The notes under the pieces are model-generated. The model was not told where the DNA came from and did not search any database. It was given only the letters and a program-made list of their open reading frames with translations. The position numbers were made by a program, and so were the translations under genes. Shown piece by piece: positions 51,358-58,299 of a stretch of DNA of 64,000 nt (position 1 is its first letter; each line of letters starts with the position of its first letter). This DNA is from Actinomycetota bacterium (GTDB lineage: Bacteria; Actinomycetota; Actinomycetes; Nanopelagicales; Nanopelagicaceae), in the NCBI GenBank assembly GCA_046052005.1, contig JBJONC010000002.1, positions 7,018 through 71,017 on the forward strand, in the 5' to 3' direction.

Positions 51358-52238
51358 TGAGAAAACCACTGACTAATTTGGCACGTCCATCAGGGGCATT
51401 AGCAATGGTTGCAGTCGACCAACGTGAAGCTTTAAGAGGAATGTTTGCTGCGCACCAAAGTACTCCGGTACCTGATTCACAGTTAACTCAATTCAAAGTC
51501 GATGTTGCACGCGAACTATCACCATACGCATCAGCGCTACTAGTCGATCAAGAGTTTGGCATTGATGCAATTATTGATCAAAAGGCGTTACAAGGCGGAT
51601 GTGGATTGATCGCAGCGGCAGATTTATTAGTCGGACCAGCAGGAGGCGCTGCAACAGATACTGCGGTCGATCCAGATATTGATCCAATTCGCATGCGTGA
51701 TATCGGAAGCGTTGGACTCAAGTTTCTAGTCTTATGGCGCAATGATGAATCACCAGATGTTCGCGCTAAGTTGGTAGAAGATTTCAATAAGCTATGTGAT
51801 GTTTCAGGTTTGCCATCAATTATCGAGATCATTGTTAAGCCACCAACAGATTCATCTCGTAGCTTTAACCGAGAAGAAGAGTTAATCATTGCGGCACGTG
51901 AAGCTGCGGATTGGAAGCCTGATCTTTACAAAGCAGAGGTTCCATTTCACGGTGAAGGCGATTTGAATCTTGTCACGAAAAACGCCGAACGAATTTCAGA
52001 GGCGATCGGTTCACCATGGGTTGTTCTTTCAAATGGTGTGAAGCAGCCATTCTTTAATGGTGCTGTTAAAGCATGTGCGATGGGTGGAGCTAGTGGTTTC
52101 CTTGCAGGTCGTGCTGTGTGGGCTGACATTGTTAGCTCACCAGATATTCCAAAGGCGCTGCGAGAAGTCTCTATTCCACGCCTAGAACAGCTCGCCGAGA
52201 TCGTTGATACCCATGCAAAGCCTTGGAGCAGTTGGTAA
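51357..52238 (+). CDS. yihT: Class I aldolase; probable sulfofructose-1-phosphate aldolase
   Basis: AMVAVDQREALR, FKV...LSPYASALLVDQ, LKFLVLWR, DLYKAEVP, PWVVLSNGV, GASGFLAGRAVW all align with remembered E. coli YihT. Confidence 0.85.
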   Translation: MRKPLTNLARPSGALAMVAVDQREALRGMFAAHQSTPVPDSQLTQFKVDVARELSPYASALLVDQEFGIDAIIDQKALQGGCGLIAAADLLVGPAGGAATDTAVDPDIDPIRMRDIGSVGLKFLVLWRNDESPDVRAKLVEDFNKLCDVSGLPSIIEIIVKPPTDSSRSFNREEELIIAAREAADWKPDLYKAEVPFHGEGDLNLVTKNAERISEAIGSPWVVLSNGVKQPFFNGAVKACAMGGASGFLAGRAVWADIVSSPDIPKALREVSIPRLEQLAEIVDTHAKPWSSW

Positions 52239-53342
52239 TTAGCTCCAGAGCTCTTTGATCTCAACAACTCGGCCTTCATTAATGCTCTTGTGAGCAGCAA
52301 GGCCGGTTACAACGCTAGTTACTCCATCTTTCAAGGTAACTTCAGCCGGAGTTGAGTTAAGGATCGCATCACGGAATTTTGTGTGTTCGATGTAAGAAGC
52401 ACCGTAGTGGTGGCCCATGTACTTCACATCGTAGTTATGAATAATCTTTTGCTCGCTACCAGGGGTGCGTGCTGCACCTGTCTTCCAACCTGAAAGCTTT
52501 CCAATTGAGTCGCGACGTGAAGCGCGCAGTACCTGTGACGGTAGGAATGATTCAATCTTTCCTTCATCGCCGACAATTGTCAGAATCTCCTTATCAAATG
52601 ATCCTTCACCAAACATGCACAGATCTAACATACCGCGCGCCCCATTTGCGTATTCCAGAACAACAAATGCGTTATCCAACATATCTGCTTGCTTGCCATC
52701 GTACTTTTCATCCAAATGATTGACGCTCTGACCGCCTGAGGCAAAAACACGAACAGGTGTTTCTCCAACAACGATGTCCATCAAGTTGAAATAGTGACAA
52801 CACTTTTCGACAAGGGTTCCACCAGTGCGTTCTGCAAAACGATTCCAGTTATCAACCTTTGGATAAAAAGGCTCACGGTGTTCGCGGATTGAAACTTGGT
52901 GGATCTTTCCAGCTTCGCCTTCTTGTGCACGCGCAATAGCTTCCGCAACTGGTGGCATAAATCGGTACTCAAGACCCATCCATGTCATCGCGCTGCGCTT
53001 GTCATCCCAGGCAAGAATTGATTTCAAATCTTCAACAGTTGTAGCAAGTGGCTTTTCAACGAAGACAGCCAAATCTGTTTCAAGCGCATCCTTCAAAACT
53101 GCAGCATGTGTGTCATTAGGTGTAGCGATAACAACCGCATCGATTAATCCTGAATCGAGCAGCGCGCGATGATCGGTGAAAACTGTAGCTCCGGGGGCCA
53201 TAGCCAGGGCGGCTTCCTGAGAAGGCACATGAGGGTCGCTGATCGCTGTGACGGTCGCTCCACCCATGACCTTGATGTTCTCAATGTGCTCGCGGCCCAT
53301 GCTGCCCGCGCCGATAATGCCGTAACGAAGCTCTGATTTCAT
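52239..53342 (-). CDS. Gfo/Idh/MocA oxidoreductase; candidate NAD+-dependent sulfoquinovosidase (GH188/SqgA type)
   Basis: GAGSMGREH, EKP, LEYRFMP, IREHREPFYPKVDNWNRF..TGGTLVEKCCHYF; no GH31 SQase in the cluster. Confidence 0.7.
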   Translation of the reverse strand: MKSELRYGIIGAGSMGREHIENIKVMGGATVTAISDPHVPSQEAALAMAPGATVFTDHRALLDSGLIDAVVIATPNDTHAAVLKDALETDLAVFVEKPLATTVEDLKSILAWDDKRSAMTWMGLEYRFMPPVAEAIARAQEGEAGKIHQVSIREHREPFYPKVDNWNRFAERTGGTLVEKCCHYFNLMDIVVGETPVRVFASGGQSVNHLDEKYDGKQADMLDNAFVVLEYANGARGMLDLCMFGEGSFDKEILTIVGDEGKIESFLPSQVLRASRRDSIGKLSGWKTGAARTPGSEQKIIHNYDVKYMGHHYGASYIEHTKFRDAILNSTPAEVTLKDGVTSVVTGLAAHKSINEGRVVEIKELWS

Positions 53343-53347
53343 GGCAA

Positions 53348-53434
53348 CAGGTTAGACCACTTCAAGAAATTTGGGCAGGGGGGTAGACGAAACACGCTCA
53401 ACTGTCCTAGACTCCAGCAAGAGGTCAGACCACT
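53348..53434. promoter_or_regulatory. Divergent promoter region with two FadR-type operators
   Basis: CAGGTTAGACCACT (53348-53361) overlaps the minus-strand TAACCT -10; GAGGTCAGACCACT (53421-53434) follows TAGACG-N18-TAGACT (53384-53413). Confidence 0.65.
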
Positions 53435-53468
53435 ACCCATTTATATGCGAAGAGAGGCTTGTGTAGAT

Positions 53469-53771
53469 ATGGCAATAACTCCACCGCAGTATCTGCTCCA
53501 CCACGATGGCGACAATGTCGCTGTTGCGATGGAAGATCTGCAACCAGGAACTCTTCACGGTCGTTCCGTGAAGGAAGGAACCGAGGGCACCGCGGTGCTT
53601 AACCACGCGATTCCTCTAGGACACAAATTTGCACTCACAGATCTTGCTGAGGGTGACGCAATCATTAAGTACGGCATCAAAGTCGGACTTGCATCAGCTG
53701 CCATCAAAAAGGGCGATTACATTCACACACACAACATGAGGAGTTATCGATGGGAAGCAAGCCGCGCTTAA
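53469..53771 (+). CDS. suyA: (R)-sulfolactate sulfo-lyase alpha subunit (SAF domain)
   Basis: DNVAVA, IPLGHKFAL, IIKYG, HTHNMRSYRW; small SAF subunit directly before suyB. Confidence 0.85.
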   Translation: MAITPPQYLLHHDGDNVAVAMEDLQPGTLHGRSVKEGTEGTAVLNHAIPLGHKFALTDLAEGDAIIKYGIKVGLASAAIKKGDYIHTHNMRSYRWEASRA

Positions 53772-54916
53772 TGGGATACCGCCGCGAAAACGGCACTATG
53801 GGTATCCGCAATCACGTAATTATTTTGCCTCTCGATGATCTTTCTAATGCAGCTGCAGAAGCTGTCGCAAAGGTTATTCCAGGCACTTTGGCATTACCTC
53901 ACGCATTTGGTCGTTTGCAGTTTGGTGAAGATCTACAACTAACTTTTGACACACTCATTGGAACTGGCGTTAACGCTAACGTTGCAGCGGTTGTTGTTAT
54001 AGGTATCGAACCAAAGTGGACACAACGTGTTGCAGATGGAATTGCTAAGACTGGTAAGCCAGTTGCAGCATTTTCAATCGAAGGCAAGGGCGACCTACAA
54101 GTAATTCAGGAAGCTAGCCGCGTCGCAGCTATGTTCTTGCAAGATGCATCTGGTCTTGTTCGCACAGAAGCTGAAATGGGCGACATGATCATGTCAATTA
54201 AGTGCGGAGAGTCAGATACAACATCTGGTCTTGGCTCTTGCCCAACAACTTCTCAAGCTGTTGATCGCTGGGTTGAAGCGGGCGGATCTGTTTTCTTTGG
54301 AGAAACTTCAGAGCTAACCGGAGGCGAGCACCTCATCGCAGAGCGTTGCATCGATGCAGCAACTCGCGATTTGTTCCAAGTCACTTACGACAACTACATC
54401 AAGGTTATTGAAGCAACTGGTGCAAACCTTCTTGGCTCGCAGCCAACACAAGGAAACATCGCTGGTGGATTAACAACTATCGAAGAAAAGGCTCTTGGAA
54501 ATATCGCTAAGACTGGCTCCGTCCCAGTTGTAGGCGTTCTTAAGCCTGCAGAAATGCCAGATCCAAAGAACAAGGGTCTGTACTTCATGGATTCATCATC
54601 TGCAGCGGCTGAGTGCGTAACTCTTATGGCTGCTGGTGGCGCTGTAATTCACTTGTTCCCAACTGGTCAAGGAAATGTTATTGGTAACCCAATCGTTCCT
54701 GTTTTGAAGTTAACTGCAAATATCAAGACAGCTAAGTCAATGACTGAGCACATCGATCTTGATGTTTCAGGTTTGCTTCGTTATGAGTATGACCTTAAGA
54801 AGGCTGGCGACATGATGATGGATGTCATTTATGACACTGTTAACGGTCGTCTATGCAAGGCTGAAGTTATGGGTCACCGCGAATTCACATTCACGAAGTT
54901 GTACATCTCTGCATAA
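53750..54916 (+). CDS. suyB: (R)-sulfolactate sulfo-lyase beta subunit (UxaA family)
   Basis: RNHVIILPLDDLSNAA, PHAFGRLQFG, KCGESDTTSG, SQPTQGNIAGGLTTIEEKALGN, MDSSSAAAE, GHREF...LYISA match remembered SuyB. Confidence 0.88.
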   Translation: MGSKPRLMGYRRENGTMGIRNHVIILPLDDLSNAAAEAVAKVIPGTLALPHAFGRLQFGEDLQLTFDTLIGTGVNANVAAVVVIGIEPKWTQRVADGIAKTGKPVAAFSIEGKGDLQVIQEASRVAAMFLQDASGLVRTEAEMGDMIMSIKCGESDTTSGLGSCPTTSQAVDRWVEAGGSVFFGETSELTGGEHLIAERCIDAATRDLFQVTYDNYIKVIEATGANLLGSQPTQGNIAGGLTTIEEKALGNIAKTGSVPVVGVLKPAEMPDPKNKGLYFMDSSSAAAECVTLMAAGGAVIHLFPTGQGNVIGNPIVPVLKLTANIKTAKSMTEHIDLDVSGLLRYEYDLKKAGDMMMDVIYDTVNGRLCKAEVMGHREFTFTKLYISA

Positions 54917-55854
54917 TGATTCTGATTTCTGAAGATGTATGGGGAACTCCCTTCCAAGCACTGGAAGGGAGTTTTCCCATTACTCGTAATGATGATTTGT
55001 GGAGTAACCCAGAAGAGCTCAAGGCGGCAATTAAGGATGCAACTGCACTAGTTGTGCGCAACAGGACAAAGGTAACGGCTGATGTAATAGCCGCTGCACC
55101 AAAATTGAAAGTTATTGCACGTGCTGGTGTTGGCCTCGACAATATTGATTTGAAAGCTGCCGATGCTGCCGGTGTTGTAGTGGTTGCAGGTCTTGGCGCA
55201 AACGCAGTAAGCGTTGGTGAGTTAACTCTTGGTTTAGCACTTTCTCTTCTTCGCAACATTCCCGGCCATGATGTAGCAACACGTGAGGGTGGTTGGGTTC
55301 GCACACCGGGACGTGAACTTTCTGGTTTGACGTGGGGATTACTGGGCTGCGGAGCAACAGGTGTTGCAACCGCAAAACTCATTCAAAGTTTTAATTGCCA
55401 GGTCATTGGCTTTGATCCTTATGCAAAGAATCTTTCAGGAATTGAATTAACAACCTTTGAAGATGTTTTTAAGCGCAGCGATGTTGTAAGTATTCATATG
55501 CCTTCAACACCAGAAACCAACGGAACGATAAACACACAGACTCTTAGCTTGATGAAGCCTGATGCGATTATCGTCAACGTTGGTCGTGGCGAGGTCATTA
55601 ACGAGGCGGACTTAATGGCCGCCCTAAAGGCTAAAACCATTGCTGGGGCTGCACTTGATGTACGTGCGCAGGAGCCTCCAGTGAAGGGCGAAATGGAACA
55701 GATTCCTAACCTGATTCTGACTCCTCACGTAGCCGGAATTACCAAGGAAAGTCAGCTTCGAATCAATCAGATCTTGACCGCAAATATCGAATTAGTTCTG
55801 AACTCAAAGCCTGCCACACATGCAGTGGGGGCGTTAAAGGAAAGTAGTAACTAA
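54916..55854 (+). CDS. slcC: D-2-hydroxyacid dehydrogenase; probable (S)-sulfolactate dehydrogenase
   Basis: ILISE, VVRNRTKV, GVGLDNID, TPHVAGITKES; no ACT domain; lies between suyB and comC. Confidence 0.75.
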   Translation: MILISEDVWGTPFQALEGSFPITRNDDLWSNPEELKAAIKDATALVVRNRTKVTADVIAAAPKLKVIARAGVGLDNIDLKAADAAGVVVVAGLGANAVSVGELTLGLALSLLRNIPGHDVATREGGWVRTPGRELSGLTWGLLGCGATGVATAKLIQSFNCQVIGFDPYAKNLSGIELTTFEDVFKRSDVVSIHMPSTPETNGTINTQTLSLMKPDAIIVNVGRGEVINEADLMAALKAKTIAGAALDVRAQEPPVKGEMEQIPNLILTPHVAGITKESQLRINQILTANIELVLNSKPATHAVGALKESSN

Positions 55855-56841
55855 ATGCCTCAGTTGACTGTTGGTTCAGCAATCGCAAAAGCACAAGCCT
55901 TGCTTGAAGCGGCAGGAGTTCCATCAGAAGAAGCTGCTACAACAGCACGATGCATCGTTGCAAGTGATCGTTGGGGGATCGGTAGCCACGGCTTAATGCG
56001 ACTTCCGTTTTATCTTTCTCGTTTGCAAGCTGGTGGAATCAAACCGGATGCACAGCTAAAGGTTGTTACAGATTTGCCAAGTCTTGTTGTATTTGATGGC
56101 GATGACGGTTTAGGTCATTGGCAACTTCAAAAAGCTGCTGAATTAGCGTCAGAGCGCGCGATGGTCAATGGAATTGCAGCAGTTGGTGTTGGTCGCTCCA
56201 ATCACTGTGGTGCTCTTGGAATTTATGTCTGGCCAATGATTAATCGCGGCTTAGTTGGAATTGCATTTAGTACAGGACCCGCTGTTATGCCACCGTGGGG
56301 TGGAAACAAAGCTTTACTATCTACTTCACCACTTGCCGCAGGTATTCCCACCAATCCACCAACCGTTGTGGATCTTGCAACAAGTGCGGTTGCTCGAGGA
56401 AAGATTCAAGCAAAGGCGCAAGCCGGTGCTGAATTAGAACCAGGTTGGGCATTTACAAAAGATGGTGCACCTACAACCGATGCCAAGGAAGCTCTTGCAG
56501 GAATGTTGGCACCACTTGGTGGCGTCAAGGGATATGCAGTTGCAGTACTAGTTGAGTCACTGACAGGAATGTTGATTGGGCCAACGCTTGCAAAGAACAT
56601 TCCAGATATGTTTGCAGCTAGCCAAGATGCGCTTCCCCAGCAGATCTCTCACTTTGTTATTGCTATTGATGCAGCCAAATTATCTGTAGATGGCGCTAAT
56701 AATCGCACCAGCGAGTTTGCAGCAGAGGTAAATGCCGCAGGGGGACGACTTCCTGGCGCAAACCGCGTAAATCCAGAAAAGCTCAACCTTGATGATGAAA
56801 TAACCATTACCGATCAAGTCTTTTCTCAGCTGGGTTTCTAA
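55855..56841 (+). CDS. comC: Ldh_2 family dehydrogenase; probable (R)-sulfolactate dehydrogenase
   Basis: GSHGLMRLPFY, SNHCGALG, DLATSAVARGKI, GGVKGY, RLPG. Confidence 0.75.
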   Translation: MPQLTVGSAIAKAQALLEAAGVPSEEAATTARCIVASDRWGIGSHGLMRLPFYLSRLQAGGIKPDAQLKVVTDLPSLVVFDGDDGLGHWQLQKAAELASERAMVNGIAAVGVGRSNHCGALGIYVWPMINRGLVGIAFSTGPAVMPPWGGNKALLSTSPLAAGIPTNPPTVVDLATSAVARGKIQAKAQAGAELEPGWAFTKDGAPTTDAKEALAGMLAPLGGVKGYAVAVLVESLTGMLIGPTLAKNIPDMFAASQDALPQQISHFVIAIDAAKLSVDGANNRTSEFAAEVNAAGGRLPGANRVNPEKLNLDDEITITDQVFSQLGF

Positions 56842-57834
56842 ATGGTTAAGACTTATGCACCGGGATTTGGCCTAATTGGCTTACTAGTTGCTATCGCATT
56901 TCAAATCAACAATATGCAATCGGCAATTAGCCCGCTTGCATTGTGTGTGGGATTTGGATTCTTAGTTGCAAACTTTGCACAGTGGCCAGCTTTTGCTGCA
57001 CCTGCAACCAAAGTCTCAAGCAAGACAATTATGCGTATCGGTGTTGCCCTTTTGGGTGCACAAGTAAGTGTTGTCTCACTAAAGGAGATCGGTCTTAAGG
57101 GCGTAATCACCGTTGTCATCGTGGTTACCTTTACTATCTTCGGAATAGTTGGTCTATCAAGACTTTTCAAGATGTCAGGTGAACTTGGTCTTCTGATCGG
57201 CGTTGGCTTTGGTGTTTGCGGTGCAACTGCAGTTGCAGCAATCAAACCTCAAACTCGTGCAACTGAAGAAGAGACCTCTTATGCAATTGGCTTAATTTCA
57301 TTGTGTGGAACTCTCTCAATCTTCATGTTGCCTTTGATTGGACATGCACTGAATTTAGATACACGTGAATTTGGAGCTTGGGCTGGTGCTGCGGTTCATG
57401 ATGTTGGCCAGGTTGTTGCAACAGCATCGGTTTGGGGAGATGACGCTGACAAGTACGCAATCGTTGTGAAGTTAGCGCGCGTCTGTTTGCTTGCCCCGAT
57501 TGTTTTGATTTTGTCTTTGCGTCATCGACGTTGGTTGACATCACAGGGTAAGCAAGAAGTTCAGTCCGCCAAAGTGCCGTTGATTCCGTACTTTGTTCTT
57601 GGATTTATCGCGGTAGCGACCCTGAACAACATCGTTGATATCAATGAAGGTCTTCATGACAACATTGTTTTGCTCAGTAAGTTGATGTTGGGCGCCGGTT
57701 TAGTTGCATTGGGTTCAGGGGTCCGTTGGAAGGCTATTCGCGCGATCGGTCCACGCCCGATGGCTATGGGAATGCTGGCCTGGGTGATTGTGGCGGGGGT
57801 TGCCCTCGCCGCGGTGAAAATAACCGGCCTTTGA
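56842..57834 (+). CDS. YeiH/PSE family putative sulfite/sulfate exporter (SuyZ-like)
   Basis: RIGVALLG, VCGATAVAA, GAAVHDVGQVVA, VKLARV. Confidence 0.85.
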   Translation: MVKTYAPGFGLIGLLVAIAFQINNMQSAISPLALCVGFGFLVANFAQWPAFAAPATKVSSKTIMRIGVALLGAQVSVVSLKEIGLKGVITVVIVVTFTIFGIVGLSRLFKMSGELGLLIGVGFGVCGATAVAAIKPQTRATEEETSYAIGLISLCGTLSIFMLPLIGHALNLDTREFGAWAGAAVHDVGQVVATASVWGDDADKYAIVVKLARVCLLAPIVLILSLRHRRWLTSQGKQEVQSAKVPLIPYFVLGFIAVATLNNIVDINEGLHDNIVLLSKLMLGAGLVALGSGVRWKAIRAIGPRPMAMGMLAWVIVAGVALAAVKITGL

Positions 57835-57861
57835 CATATACCCCCGGGGGTATGGTACTTT
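57831..57861 (+). promoter_or_regulatory. Promoter with CsoR/RcnR-family operator
   Basis: TTGACA (57831-36); perfect 16-bp palindrome ATACCCCCGGGGGTAT (57838-57853); extended -10 TGGTACTTT. Confidence 0.8.
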
Positions 57862-57893
57862 TGCCTTAGTCAATTGAACTAAGGAGTTTTAAC

Positions 57894-58007
57894 ATGTGTT
57901 CACAAGTTACTTGTCATGTATGCAATAAGGCCACTTGGTCAGGATGCGGACAGCACATTGAAGAAGCGCTAGCTGGCGTTGCTGAAGCAGATCGTTGTAA
58001 GTGTTAA
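57894..58007 (+). CDS. Cys-rich microprotein (37 aa)
   Basis: AAGGAG RBS; MCSQVTCHVCNKATWSGCGQHIEEALAGVAEADRCKC*; paralog at 59955. Confidence 0.85.
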   Translation: MCSQVTCHVCNKATWSGCGQHIEEALAGVAEADRCKC

Positions 58008-58009
58008 TC

Positions 58010-58297
58010 ATGGCAACCAAGAAAGTTGCTCATGTTTTATCTGATGAAGAGCAGATCGCTGCAATTGCCAAGAGAATTAAGCGCGCTCAAGGTCAGTTAG
58101 GTGCGGTAGCCCGCATGTTGGAAGAAGGCCGTAACTGCGATGAGATCGTGACTCAGATGTCAGCTGTATCCAAAGCTTTAAACACAGCTGCTTTTACCTT
58201 GATTTCTGCCAGCCTCAAAGAGTGCATTGTTGAAGGTAAGAACAACTCTGATGCGGTCACAGCACAGCTCCAAAAACTATTCTTAAGTCTGGCATAA
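58010..58297 (+). CDS. CsoR/RcnR family repressor, CstR-like (two Cys, no Cu-ligand His)
   Basis: RIKRAQGQL, GRNCDEIVTQMSAV, ASLKEC. Confidence 0.88.
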   Translation: MATKKVAHVLSDEEQIAAIAKRIKRAQGQLGAVARMLEEGRNCDEIVTQMSAVSKALNTAAFTLISASLKECIVEGKNNSDAVTAQLQKLFLSLA

Positions 58298-58299
58298 AG

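Noticed and set aside
50467-54916. Tagatose (LacC/LacD) or hexuronate (UxaA) catabolism as the reading of the kinase, aldolase and dehydratase genes
   Set aside because: Motifs match YihV/YihT and split SuyA/SuyB more closely, and slcC, comC and a sulfite exporter are adjacent
54916-55854. SerA (phosphoglycerate dehydrogenase) call
   Set aside because: Only 312 aa with no ACT domain, and embedded in the suyAB-comC operon
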